A stretch of 64,000 nt of DNA, taken from the IMG/VR virus record IMGVR_UViG_3300022868_000009, positions 186,001 to 250,000 of that record. One strand, 5' to 3'. The translations under genes were made by a program, and so were the position numbers. Each line of letters begins with the position of its first letter. Position 1 is the first letter of the stretch. Under the pieces are notes generated by a model that was not told where the DNA came from, ran no database searches, and worked only from the letters and a program-made list of their open reading frames with translations. Below are positions 10,354 through 20,274 of this stretch, piece by piece.

Positions 10354-10743
10354 ATGTTATATTTCTTATTAGGATTATTATCAGGAATTATATTAACAAC
10401 ATTTTATCTAATTTACAAATTTAAAAATTCCTTTAAATTTATAAATTACAGAATTGATTCAATTGAACAAGAAATGTATGATGAATCAAATTCAATATAC
10501 AATATGGTTGAAAAAATTGTAGATGATGTTAATAATAATAAAAATGTTATTCAAGATATTGATAAAGATACTAACATATTGGCATCAAATCAAAAATTAA
10601 TAAGTGATTTAATATTAGATAAAAATAATACTAAAAATAACAAATCAACAAAATTAACTATTGATAATGTTTTAGATAAAATTAGTAGTGAAGGATTAGA
10701 AAATCTAACAGATGAAGAACGTGACATTTTAAATAATATGTAA
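10354..10743 (+). CDS. Membrane protein with DUF6576-like C-terminus
   Basis: N-terminal TM; IDNVLDKISSEGLENLTDEER. Confidence 0.65.
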   Translation: MLYFLLGLLSGIILTTFYLIYKFKNSFKFINYRIDSIEQEMYDESNSIYNMVEKIVDDVNNNKNVIQDIDKDTNILASNQKLISDLILDKNNTKNNKSTKLTIDNVLDKISSEGLENLTDEERDILNNM

Positions 10744-11366
10744 TGACAGACTTTGAAAAAATATATAAATTAGAAACTGGAGAATATCCTAGTCGCATAG
10801 ATATGCATTCTGAAAGATCTATATTTACTAGTGAATATGTTGAATGGTTAGAAGAACGACTTGATTCTAGTAAACAAAAACCAATGGTTAGAACAATCAA
10901 AAGAATGTTTAACCATTCTTTTAAAAAAGAATGGTATGAAACATACTGGGGTTTTGATTTGCATGGTACTATTTTAATTCCAAATCATATTAAAGGTCAT
11001 TTAGATACAGAATTTTATCCTTATGCAAAAGAATGTATGCAAATATTATCTAAAAGAAAAGATGTTAAAATGTTTACATGGTCTTCATCACATCTATATG
11101 AATTAGAATCATATATAAATTTCATGAAAGAAAATAACATTGAATTTGATTATATACAAGAAAATCCTGAAATATCATCAAGTAAAGGTTTTTTCGGTTA
11201 TTATGAACAAAAACCTTATTTTAATGTTATGTTTGAAGATAAATCTGGATTCTTTCCAGAAGAATGGAAAGACATATATAAATTACTAAAATACTATGAA
11301 AATAATAATATTTATCCAAATCCCGAATGGGATATGAAAACTGAACCAGGTGGTTCTCTAGAATAA
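10743..11366 (+). CDS. HAD-superfamily phosphatase-like protein
   Basis: FDLHGTI (motif I variant), WSSS, KPYF...FEDK. Confidence 0.65.
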   Translation: MTDFEKIYKLETGEYPSRIDMHSERSIFTSEYVEWLEERLDSSKQKPMVRTIKRMFNHSFKKEWYETYWGFDLHGTILIPNHIKGHLDTEFYPYAKECMQILSKRKDVKMFTWSSSHLYELESYINFMKENNIEFDYIQENPEISSSKGFFGYYEQKPYFNVMFEDKSGFFPEEWKDIYKLLKYYENNNIYPNPEWDMKTEPGGSLE

Positions 11367-11596
11367 TGAGTTTAAACATAAATTATAAAATAAAATGTTA
11401 TACATCTATTAAAACAGAAAGTTTCATAATGGAGTATTCTTCAAATAAATTTGCTGAAAATTTAGATAAATTAATATCTGATATTATTAAAAAAGCAGAA
11501 AATCAAGAAAATGTTGAAGTTTACGATTTTAATATCGCAATTGATGCGGATAATAATTATCATATAATTATCAAATATAAAAAATACGAAAATTAA
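11366..11596 (+). CDS. Hypothetical protein
   Basis: Coupled ORF. Confidence 0.55.
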   Translation: MSLNINYKIKCYTSIKTESFIMEYSSNKFAENLDKLISDIIKKAENQENVEVYDFNIAIDADNNYHIIIKYKKYEN

Positions 11597-11612
11597 AAAA
11601 ATAAATAAAATT

Positions 11613-11987
11613 ATGACAAAACAACTAACAACAGAGGAATTTAAAGAAAAAATATTTGACTTTACTCAATTAAATGAAAATAATCAAAAATGGCATTTTA
11701 AAGGTGGTAAACCTTGTATAATTGATTTTTATGCAGAATGGTGTGGACCTTGTAAAATGGTAGAACCAATTCTTGAAGAATTATCAGATGAATATTCTCA
11801 AATTGATTTTTATAAAGTTAATACTGAAACAGAATCAGAAATTTCACAAGTATTTGGTATTAAAAGTATACCAACAATACTTTTTATTCCACTTGAAGGT
11901 GATCCACAAATTAATATGGGTGCACTTCCTAAAGAAGATTTTATAGAAGGTATAAATAATGTTTTACTAGGAAAGGAGACTGAATAA
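11613..11987 (+). CDS. trxA: Thioredoxin (Bacteroidota-type N-terminus)
   Basis: DFYAEWCGPCK; FKEKIFDF...WHFKGGKP. Confidence 0.95.
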   Translation: MTKQLTTEEFKEKIFDFTQLNENNQKWHFKGGKPCIIDFYAEWCGPCKMVEPILEELSDEYSQIDFYKVNTETESEISQVFGIKSIPTILFIPLEGDPQINMGALPKEDFIEGINNVLLGKETE

Positions 11988-12160
11988 TGAGTTGGCCAGC
12001 CTCACACCCTATCAAAGGACGGATAGATTGGAATGAACTTTCACTAGATGAAATGGTTGAATTCCTAAGAAGCAAATATATGTTTCTATCTTCTGGTGAA
12101 GCTAAATGTGTAATGGAATTGATAGATTTCTATGAAAAACATAAAGAGGTTGACAAATAA
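11987..12160 (+). CDS. Small hypothetical protein (57 aa, MSWPASHPIKGRIDW...)
   Basis: Hand-translated; TAATG coupling to thioredoxin; terminator follows. Confidence 0.65.
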   Translation: MSWPASHPIKGRIDWNELSLDEMVEFLRSKYMFLSSGEAKCVMELIDFYEKHKEVDK

Positions 12161-12175
12161 GAAGTAAATCTTAAT

Positions 12176-12212
12176 AAAAATCCTAATATAATTTTTTATG
12201 TTAGGATTTTTT
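12176..12212 (+). terminator. Intrinsic terminator
   Basis: AAAAATCCTAATATA...TATGTTAGGATTTTT. Confidence 0.75.
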
Positions 12213-12215
12213 CGT

Positions 12216-12240
12216 TATATTTGAGTATTAATAACTAAAA
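12216..12240 (+). promoter_or_regulatory. Bacteroidota-type -7 promoter element (TAnnTTTG)
   Basis: TATATTTGAGTATTAATAACTAAAA; near-identical copy at 22217. Confidence 0.65.
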
Positions 12241-12251
12241 AATATAAAACT

Positions 12252-12548
12252 ATGGATTTTAAAAACGCATTTATTGACGACTTACTTTATAGTATGAATG
12301 AATATTTACCTAAATTAAAAACAATTGCATGGTATCCAGAACCTTTCACAATTATTCTAATTTTAGGAGAAAATGTTTATGATTTTGATTATGAAAATAA
12401 AATGAAATTATACGAAATAACTGAAGAACTTTGTGATGAATATGAATATAATTTCGAAAAAATAAAAGAAAAATTAAATGTTATTGAATCAATTATATCA
12501 GAAGGTAAACACACACTTAATTATAATCATATAGACGAAAATGAGTAA
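12252..12548 (+). CDS. Hypothetical protein
   Basis: ORF after promoter. Confidence 0.6.
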   Translation: MDFKNAFIDDLLYSMNEYLPKLKTIAWYPEPFTIILILGENVYDFDYENKMKLYEITEELCDEYEYNFEKIKEKLNVIESIISEGKHTLNYNHIDENE

Positions 12549-13443
12549 ACAGAAAAAAGTATCAGATAAGTTTGAAGAAGCTTTTGATTACACTCCTCTA
12601 ACCGAAAGGAAAGAAGATATTCAAAGACAATTCTACAAAGTATTTAATGGTGATGGAAAAGACCTTAAAAAAGGAACCGGAAACCTTATTACTTCATTGA
12701 TTGCACTTTGCGAAGAATCAGGATGGGATTATGAAGAACTTGTCGATGATACATTAAATATAATTGATGCAAGAATGGATCAATATAAATCACTTGGTAG
12801 AAAAGTTAGAATTGCAATTTATGGTGGAGCTTTTAATCCAATTACTAAAGGTCATATTGAAGTTGCACAATTTGTATTAAATACAAGTAGATTATTTGAT
12901 GAAGTTTGGTTTATGCCTGCATTTGGTCATATGTATAATAAAGAATTAGAATCTACTAAAGATAGATTAAATATGGCTAATTTAGCTTTAAATGATGGTC
13001 GAATAAAAGTATTTGATTACGAAATTGAAAATCATATGAGCGGTGAAACTTTTAGATTAGTTAAAAAACTAAAAGAAGATATTAAATTTAAAGATAAGTT
13101 TGATTTTTCATTCATTATAGGAATAGATAATGCAAACACATTCGACAAATGGGTTAATTATAAACATCTTGAAAAACTTATACCATTTGTAATAATTCCA
13201 AGGAAAGGATATAAAACAGAAGAAGGTGTTGATTGGTATAGAAAATCACATCACATCTTTTTGGCAGGTGATGTTTATTCTTCTCCAATTAGAGAAATAT
13301 CTTCAACAGATGTAAGAGAAGTCATTAAAAATTATTATGAATCAGATGATATTGAAGAACAATTTGCGTTAATTGAAGATTTAAGAGAAATGGTTGGAAA
13401 TGAAGTATCAGAATATATTATAGAAAACAAATTATATAACTAA
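12541..13443 (+). CDS. nadD: Nicotinate/nicotinamide-nucleotide adenylyltransferase with N-terminal helical (MazG-like) extension
   Basis: YGGAFNPITKGH, FIIGIDN...W, ISSTDVR. Confidence 0.85.
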   Translation: MSKQKKVSDKFEEAFDYTPLTERKEDIQRQFYKVFNGDGKDLKKGTGNLITSLIALCEESGWDYEELVDDTLNIIDARMDQYKSLGRKVRIAIYGGAFNPITKGHIEVAQFVLNTSRLFDEVWFMPAFGHMYNKELESTKDRLNMANLALNDGRIKVFDYEIENHMSGETFRLVKKLKEDIKFKDKFDFSFIIGIDNANTFDKWVNYKHLEKLIPFVIIPRKGYKTEEGVDWYRKSHHIFLAGDVYSSPIREISSTDVREVIKNYYESDDIEEQFALIEDLREMVGNEVSEYIIENKLYN

Positions 13444-13454
13444 AACAAAAAACT

Positions 13455-14195
13455 ATGTTAGGATCTAAAAGAAGAAAAATTAATAAATTAGAAAAAGAAA
13501 ACACAGAACTAAAAGAAAAACTTGAAAAAAAGAACAAGAAAAAAGAGAAAAATGGACCAGGTTTTTGGACAAGTATAGGAAATTCTTTAAAATCTAAGAA
13601 AAGAAAAGAATCTGAAGCTGAAGTTGAAAAATTAAGATTGGAAAATGAAAAATTAAAAGAAAATAAAAAAACTAAACTTGGCGAAGGTATCCAAAATATT
13701 GAAGACAAATCCAACGAAATTACTGGTGATATTTGGACTAAAATTAGTGAAATGTCAGATAAAATGAACTCATCTATTTTTAATGGTGCAAATGTTGCAA
13801 ATGATACAGGTAACAAAATAATTGAAAATCTTAAAGATAAAATTGGTGAATTATCTGATCAAGCAACTGACATGAAATTAGAAGAAATTCTTTCTAATAA
13901 TTTCAATGAAAGCCTTTTTGTGAAGGCTATATTAGAAGGTAAAATAAATTTTACTTTTAAAGGCGAAAGAAATATTTATGATTTTATGACAGTTACTGGT
14001 ACTAAATATATCTGGAAATCAGATTATGAATATTTTGAATTTACATTACTTAGAAAAGTTGATAAAACTGCTGAATTCATATTCAAAATCAATCATATTG
14101 ATGTAAAAGTTACAATGATTCATGTAAATTATAATAGATTGTATAATGCAATTATAAATAAAAAAGATGAAACTCAATTAATTTTAACAAAATAA
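13455..14195 (+). CDS. Coiled-coil hypothetical protein
   Basis: K/E-rich ORF. Confidence 0.6.
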   Translation: MLGSKRRKINKLEKENTELKEKLEKKNKKKEKNGPGFWTSIGNSLKSKKRKESEAEVEKLRLENEKLKENKKTKLGEGIQNIEDKSNEITGDIWTKISEMSDKMNSSIFNGANVANDTGNKIIENLKDKIGELSDQATDMKLEEILSNNFNESLFVKAILEGKINFTFKGERNIYDFMTVTGTKYIWKSDYEYFEFTLLRKVDKTAEFIFKINHIDVKVTMIHVNYNRLYNAIINKKDETQLILTK

Positions 14196-14197
14196 AA

Positions 14198-14323
14198 ATG
14201 TGGTATAAAATAGCAAAAAGTTTAATAGTTGCGGCATTGGCGGTAATATCAACAAAAGTTTCTTTTGATGTGATGAAAAAATCAGATGAAAAGATAGAAA
14301 AAGAAAATAATAAAAATGGATAA
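14198..14323 (+). CDS. Small membrane peptide (41 aa, MWYKIAKSLIVAALAVIST...)
   Basis: Hand-translated; fills the gap between two genes. Confidence 0.55.
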   Translation: MWYKIAKSLIVAALAVISTKVSFDVMKKSDEKIEKENNKNG

Positions 14324-14750
14324 ATCCATAGAAGAATATCAAGAAAGTCTAGAAAATAAAGAAATTATTATAGAATTACTTAAAGAAAAAGTTGATAATC
14401 TAAATATAGAATTAGAAAATTATAGTTTTGAAATGATACAAACCACCAAAAATGGGTATAAAATGTATCGTCTCGATCCATATTTTAAAGAAACTAAAAT
14501 CGAAGAATTACAAGATTTTAGAGATAATATAAAAAATCCCACCATAAAGAAAATTACACAAGAGATAATTTTTTGTATAGACAAGGAAGAAATACCTGAA
14601 ATTGTCCTTCTAAATGAAAATGAGTATCAAATTTTACAGGAATATTTCGATGAAATACTTCAAAATGATAATGATAAAAAAATTCACCTTCCCGAAATAA
14701 GTTTAACAGTATATGTTTGCAAGGATTTGAAAAAATTAATTGTAAAATAA
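14316..14750 (+). CDS. Hypothetical protein
   Basis: ORF. Confidence 0.6.
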   Translation: MDKSIEEYQESLENKEIIIELLKEKVDNLNIELENYSFEMIQTTKNGYKMYRLDPYFKETKIEELQDFRDNIKNPTIKKITQEIIFCIDKEEIPEIVLLNENEYQILQEYFDEILQNDNDKKIHLPEISLTVYVCKDLKKLIVK

Positions 14751-14805
14751 TTTAAACTTGACTATCTAATTAAAATATATAAAGTTGTAGTAGAAAATTT
14801 TGGTC

Positions 14806-14861
14806 TTGTTAGTTTTGAGTCAAATGGCTTTAGAATCGTAAAACGATGAAAAAATTAGCAA
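14806..14861 (+). ncRNA. Candidate structured cis-regulatory RNA (three-way junction)
   Basis: P1 TTGTTAGTTTT/AAAATTAGCAA, P2 GAGTC/GGCTT, P3 ATCGT/ACGAT between promoter (14754) and ATG (14889). Confidence 0.45.
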
Positions 14862-14888
14862 TTCAAAAACAAAAATAAAAAATTAACT

Positions 14889-15863
14889 ATGACACATTAC
14901 AGAATGTCGGACAGAGATCCGAGTGCCGTTATTATGGCAAAAAATCCACGCACTGGTTCCCTAGAGGAACTAAAAATCTACATAGGAAATATAGTATATC
15001 TACAAGATAGACAAGAATTCCAACTTAGATTATTTAATCCAACCCACGAAAAACTTGGTGTACAAATCAATTTAAATGGGAAAATTAATGATCAAGTCCT
15101 AATATTAAACCCAGGACAAGATTACACAATTGATCGTTTTCTTAACGAACAAAAAAAGATGTTATTTGAAACCTATTCAATAGATGGTGGAAATGCATCA
15201 GCTAAAAAAGCAATTGAACTTAACGGTTTAGTTGAAATCAATTTCTTCAAAGAACAAAATCATTCATACACAACTACTACAACTGGTGTGAATAATATTC
15301 AATTCGGATCTAACTTTACTATCACAAATTCAAATTCTAGATGTTATGATTCAGGTACTATAAATTTAGGCGATATGAATCAAATGCGGACGACTACAAA
15401 AGAAACTGATAACTCAATCTTTTTTTCATCAGATTTAGGTGATGTTCAAACAGGTGATTTAACTATAGACGGTGGTGATTTAACTACAGATAGTTTAACT
15501 ACAGATAGTTTAACAATTGAAGGTGATTTAACTGTAACAGGTGACTTAAATCTTACATCTTCACAAAAACTTTCTTCAAAAGGAAAAGGTAAAGGTAAAC
15601 GTAAAAGAATATCTAAATCTATTAAATCTGAAAAAGTTGAAACAGGTAGAGTAGAAAAAGGTAAAATATCAAACCAAAACTTTCAACATGTTGAAGTTGA
15701 ATTTGATACTAATTCACCTATATTAACTCTAAATTATCAACTTAAACCAATAAGTTCTAAGACTTATGAAGTCAAAGAAATTAGAAACTATTGTTTAGAT
15801 TGTGGTTACAGAATAAGAAAACAATCATGGATGTATTGCCCAAAATGTGGTGAAGAATTATAA
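14889..15863 (+). CDS. Beta-sandwich protein with GDLT repeats and C-terminal zinc ribbon
   Basis: CLDCG...YCPKCG; internal repeats 15437-15551. Confidence 0.7.
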   Translation: MTHYRMSDRDPSAVIMAKNPRTGSLEELKIYIGNIVYLQDRQEFQLRLFNPTHEKLGVQINLNGKINDQVLILNPGQDYTIDRFLNEQKKMLFETYSIDGGNASAKKAIELNGLVEINFFKEQNHSYTTTTTGVNNIQFGSNFTITNSNSRCYDSGTINLGDMNQMRTTTKETDNSIFFSSDLGDVQTGDLTIDGGDLTTDSLTTDSLTIEGDLTVTGDLNLTSSQKLSSKGKGKGKRKRISKSIKSEKVETGRVEKGKISNQNFQHVEVEFDTNSPILTLNYQLKPISSKTYEVKEIRNYCLDCGYRIRKQSWMYCPKCGEEL

Positions 15864-15896
15864 TCCAAAAGGATATTAAAAAATAATCTAAAAATA

Positions 15897-16544
15897 ATGA
15901 AAACAACTAAAATAAACAATGAATATACAAAAATTATTTGCATCCTTGATAGATCAACATCAATGGGTGTTATAATTGATCAAGCAATTAATGGATTTAA
16001 TGAATTTTTAATTGGACAACAAAATTGTGAAGGTAAAGCTTCAATGACAACTGTTATGTTTGATTCATCATATGAAAAACTATACGAAAATATAGATATT
16101 CATAAAGTTGAAAAATTCAACAGAAAAACATATTCTCCGAGAGGATGTACAGCGCTTTATGATGCAATAGGTGTCACAATAGATGAAGAAATTGATAATC
16201 TAGGAGAAATTACATTAAAAGATAGACCAGATAAAACATTGTGTGTTATTTTAACAGATGGTGAAGAAAATTCAAGTAAACAATATAATCAATCTAAAAT
16301 TAAAACATTGGTTGATGATATGAAAGAAAACTTTAACTGGGAATTTATTTTCTTAGCCGCTAACCAAGATGCAGCATTAGCCGCAACTTCAATCGGTATT
16401 TCAACTGGAAATTCTATGACATTTGACTATTCAGATGATGGTATTAATGCCGCTTATACTACATTAAATGTTGCTGCTTCTAATTTTAGAAGTGCTTCAA
16501 AAGGTGTAAAAACGGATTCTTTGATAGAAGACATTGAAGAATAA
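15897..16544 (+). CDS. von Willebrand factor A domain protein
   Basis: MIDAS DRSTS, TALYDAI, ILTDGEEN. Confidence 0.88.
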   Translation: MKTTKINNEYTKIICILDRSTSMGVIIDQAINGFNEFLIGQQNCEGKASMTTVMFDSSYEKLYENIDIHKVEKFNRKTYSPRGCTALYDAIGVTIDEEIDNLGEITLKDRPDKTLCVILTDGEENSSKQYNQSKIKTLVDDMKENFNWEFIFLAANQDAALAATSIGISTGNSMTFDYSDDGINAAYTTLNVAASNFRSASKGVKTDSLIEDIEE

Positions 16545-16565
16545 TTTAGAATAATTCTAAATAAG

Positions 16566-16592
16566 AAAGTCCTCAAATTTTTTGAGGACTTT
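16566..16592 (+). terminator. Intrinsic terminator
   Basis: AAAGTCCTCAA...TTGAGGACTTT followed by T run. Confidence 0.8.
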
Positions 16593-16637
16593 TTATTTTT
16601 TAACACATATATTTATAAGAAAAATAAAAGTAAAAAA

Positions 16638-16970
16638 ATGAAAAGATTTGACGAAAAAAAACATATATTAGAACAATATCAACAAATGATAAATAGCTTC
16701 GATAAATTACAAATCATTTCAATTTATCTCAAATATATCATTGATAATGTTGAAACTGATAAAGATCTTTTAGAATTAGACTTAGATTTACCAATCTTAA
16801 ATAATCAATTTTCAATTGATGGAGATAAAATATACAGATTTCAACTTGAAATAGATAAACTGTTTAATAAACTAAAAATAAACAAAAATATAAAAATAGA
16901 TGATGCAAGATTCATCGAAATTAGTAAAAGATTATTAGAATATGCAAAATCAAAAGACGAAGCCGCTTAA
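16638..16970 (+). CDS. Hypothetical protein
   Basis: ORF overlapping next gene. Confidence 0.55.
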   Translation: MKRFDEKKHILEQYQQMINSFDKLQIISIYLKYIIDNVETDKDLLELDLDLPILNNQFSIDGDKIYRFQLEIDKLFNKLKINKNIKIDDARFIEISKRLLEYAKSKDEAA

Positions 16971-18456
16971 TGTTGACTTAAGTAAAATCATTAAGAAAGA
17001 AAACGCACATCCACTACTAGAAAACGCAATTATTAGAATGATATCAACATCACACTTACCATATTACGGTGAGTTTGCTCTTTTTGTTACATTCATTGAA
17101 GCAAAAATAGGAACATGTGGTGTAAGTGTTAATAAAAACGGTAATATGATATTTTATTGGGATCCTGAATGGGTCTCAAAACAATCAATGGGTTCTACTA
17201 TATTTGTAATGGTACATGAAATTTTTCATTTATTATTTTCACATATTAAAAGGACAGTAGGTTATAATAAGAATCTATCTAATGTTGCACAAGATATGAT
17301 TATTAATTCAATTATATATTCAGATCTTATGTTAGGTGAAAAATTGGGACCTGGTTATGAAAATTTTATAGAAGTTCCACTAGATGATGATGGTAAAAAC
17401 ACAGCATTATTTGTACCTAAAGAATATGATGGACCTTGGGTATTTGAATCTTTATATAAATGGTTGAAAGAAGAATATAAAGAATGGAAAGAAGAAAATT
17501 CGGACAAATGTAATGACGGAAAATTAACCATTAATGTTGACAAAGATGGTAATATGACTATGCCTGGAAAAGAAGACGAAGGTGGTGAACAAGAAGAAGA
17601 TGGTGAAAATGGAGATCAAGAAAGTGGAAATGAAAAGGGTAAAGAAAAACTAGATTCAACTGGTAAGCCAATATATGGTCCTTATGCTGAATCAGATTAC
17701 CAAGATCAAAAAAGTGGTGAAAAAAGACACACAGACATTGATTGTTATTCTAAAGAACATATTTTTGAAGGTTTAGAAAGTAGTAAAGGTTTAACATTGG
17801 ATTGTCACTTTGATGATGAAGTACCAGAAGAAATAAGAAGAGAAGTTGTAAATAGTGTAATGCAAAACCTTAAAAATAGAGGTTTAGAAACATCAGATAT
17901 TGCCGAAACATTAAGAAAACTTCAAAAATCTGAAAAAGATTATCTTAAATATATTAAAAGAAGTTTAAGTCACCATGTATTTGGTACTAAAAAAATGAAA
18001 TCTATCACCAAACCAAATCGTAGAGGTATCTGGGGATTAAAAGGCAATAGAAAATATAAAACAAAAATCAATTGTATTTTAGATACATCTGGTTCTATGA
18101 GTGGTGAATTTGAAAAAGCTCTAGCTTATATTTTTCAAAATGATATTTCAGTTAACCTTATACAATGTGATACAGAAGTAAAAGATTTTATTGAAGTGAC
18201 CGACAAAAATCAACTTAATCAAATGGAAATTAAAGGTTTAGGTGGCACAACACTAACACCAGGTATAAAATATATTGCAAATAATAAAGATTTAAATAAA
18301 TTAAATACAGTTATTCTTACAGATGGATATGTTGATCAATTAGATTTTACAGGTGTAAAAGGAAAAGTTTTGATTATATCAAATTCTGTTGAATGTCCTA
18401 TATTAAAATCAAACAATAAAATTAAGCAGATTATTATTGATAAGTCAAATGATTAA
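16942..18456 (+). CDS. Zincin-like metallopeptidase + VWA domain protein (DUF2201-like)
   Basis: HEIFH, N.A.D.IIN, acidic linker, DTSGS, GGT, LTDG. Confidence 0.85.
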   Translation: MQNQKTKPLNVDLSKIIKKENAHPLLENAIIRMISTSHLPYYGEFALFVTFIEAKIGTCGVSVNKNGNMIFYWDPEWVSKQSMGSTIFVMVHEIFHLLFSHIKRTVGYNKNLSNVAQDMIINSIIYSDLMLGEKLGPGYENFIEVPLDDDGKNTALFVPKEYDGPWVFESLYKWLKEEYKEWKEENSDKCNDGKLTINVDKDGNMTMPGKEDEGGEQEEDGENGDQESGNEKGKEKLDSTGKPIYGPYAESDYQDQKSGEKRHTDIDCYSKEHIFEGLESSKGLTLDCHFDDEVPEEIRREVVNSVMQNLKNRGLETSDIAETLRKLQKSEKDYLKYIKRSLSHHVFGTKKMKSITKPNRRGIWGLKGNRKYKTKINCILDTSGSMSGEFEKALAYIFQNDISVNLIQCDTEVKDFIEVTDKNQLNQMEIKGLGGTTLTPGIKYIANNKDLNKLNTVILTDGYVDQLDFTGVKGKVLIISNSVECPILKSNNKIKQIIIDKSND

Positions 18457-18508
18457 TCAGATAATAAGTGATTTTTTAACAGATGGTTTTTAATATATAA
18501 AAATAAAA

Positions 18509-19339
18509 ATGATTATTTGTGAAATTTGTAAAAAAGAATTAAAAAATAGAAAATCTTTAGGATCACATTTGTGTAAATCACATAAAGAAATATCAACTAA
18601 AAAATATTATGACAAATATTTTCTCATAGAAAATGAAAATATTTGTAAAAATGAAAATTGTAATAATACAACTAATCAATTTAAAGGTTTAACTAAAGGT
18701 TATATTAAATCATACTGTTCAATTTCTTGTGCTAGAAAATCAAAAGAAGTTATAGAAAAACAGAAAAAAACATGTTTAGAAAAATATGATAATGAAAATT
18801 ATAGAAATATAAACTCATATAAAAAAACGTGTTTAGAAAAATATGGTAAAGAAAATGCTTTATGTAAAGGCACTAAATCATATAATAAAAAAATAAATAC
18901 ATGTTTAGAAAAATATGGCGTTGAAAATGTATTTAGTGATGATGATATATGTAAAAAAATAAGATTAACAAATGAAAAAAGTGGTTTTTGGCAAAAAAGA
19001 GATGTGTTAAATAATTTTCAACATTATTATGAAGAAGTTAAGAAACTAACAAACAAAAACAAAAAATTATTATTTGAAAAATGGAATGGTGACGATTATT
19101 ATGATAATGAATATATTTTTAATAATTTTGTATTAAATAATAATGATAACAATTATCCTAGTGTAGATCACAAAAAATCAATAAAATATTGTTTCATAAA
19201 TAAAATATCACCAAAAAAGTGTTCAAATATTGACAATTTGTGCATTACTAAAAGAATTATTAATATTATTAAAAATAGTGATGATGAATTAGAATTTAAA
19301 AATCAATTAAAACAAATAGTAATAGATAAAAAAGATTAA
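18509..19339 (+). mobile_element. Free-standing homing endonuclease-like gene (Zn finger, KTCLEKYG repeats, HNH-like C-terminus)
   Basis: CEIC...H...H; three KTCLEKY repeats; SVDHKKS...NLCIT...N; own TAATATATA promoter at 18491. Confidence 0.7.
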
Positions 19340-19343
19340 TTAA

Positions 19344-19736
19344 ATGAAAAATAAAATTAAAAAAGAACGCTTAATAGCGATGAAAAATAAAGAAAACATT
19401 AAAAAGAATGTTCTAGGTGTCTTATTAGGAGAATTAGATAGAGTAGATAAAGATCCTACTAAAGAACAAATTATTAAAACTATTAAAAAAATAATAGATG
19501 CAAATATTGAAGTTGGTTCAGAAATTACACTAAAAGAAAATGAAATATTACAAAAATATATGCCACAATTATTATCAAATTCTGAATTAGAAATTATTAT
19601 TAATACTCAAATATCATATAACGAATATAAAGGTATAAAAGACATGGGTAAAATAATGGGATTTCTTTCCAGTAATTATATAGGTCAATATGATGGTAAA
19701 AAAGCAAGTGAAATAATAAGAATTAAATTAAATTAA
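19344..19736 (+). CDS. GatB/YqeY domain protein
   Basis: AMKNKE ... ENEILQKYMPQLLS ... KDMGKIMG ... DGK. Confidence 0.85.
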   Translation: MKNKIKKERLIAMKNKENIKKNVLGVLLGELDRVDKDPTKEQIIKTIKKIIDANIEVGSEITLKENEILQKYMPQLLSNSELEIIINTQISYNEYKGIKDMGKIMGFLSSNYIGQYDGKKASEIIRIKLN

Positions 19737-19739
19737 AAA

Positions 19740-20246
19740 ATGGAAGTAAAAAAAGTATTAGAAAAAAGAATGTATTTCTTAACAATGTATAATATATCAC
19801 CTATTCAAAAAGGTATTCAGTGTGGTCATGCAGCGTTAAGATATGTGAAAGAATGGAAAAATGAAAAAGATGTCTGGGATTTTATTGAGGATCATGAAAC
19901 ATGGATTATTTTAAATGGTGGAACATCTAATATTGGTGGTTTTGGAAGAGATAAAAACAAATTACACATAGAAGGAACAATGGAAAAACATTTAAAAACA
20001 TTAATTGAATATAGAATTAAATGTACACCTTTTTATGAACCAGATTTAAATAATTCATTAACATCAATTTGTTTTATTGTTGATGAAAGAGTTTTTAATA
20101 AAGAAGATTATCCAGATTTAGATGATTATTTACAAAATGATACTGGTGAATGGAGAGGTAAGACATATGACAAATGGTTAAATATAATAGGTGGTGAAAA
20201 GATAGCTTTCTTAAAAGAATTTTTATCACAATTCAAATTAGCATAA
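19740..20246 (+). CDS. Peptidyl-tRNA hydrolase PTH2-like protein
   Basis: S..QKGIQCGHA, IILNGG, FYEPDLNNSLTSICF. Confidence 0.7.
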   Translation: MEVKKVLEKRMYFLTMYNISPIQKGIQCGHAALRYVKEWKNEKDVWDFIEDHETWIILNGGTSNIGGFGRDKNKLHIEGTMEKHLKTLIEYRIKCTPFYEPDLNNSLTSICFIVDERVFNKEDYPDLDDYLQNDTGEWRGKTYDKWLNIIGGEKIAFLKEFLSQFKLA

Positions 20247-20274
20247 TATTAATTAAACATTAAAAATATACAAC

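Noticed and set aside
14806-14861. Hammerhead ribozyme (three stems plus GAAA)
   Set aside because: Core reads CUUUAGA rather than CUGANGA; kept only as a generic structured RNA
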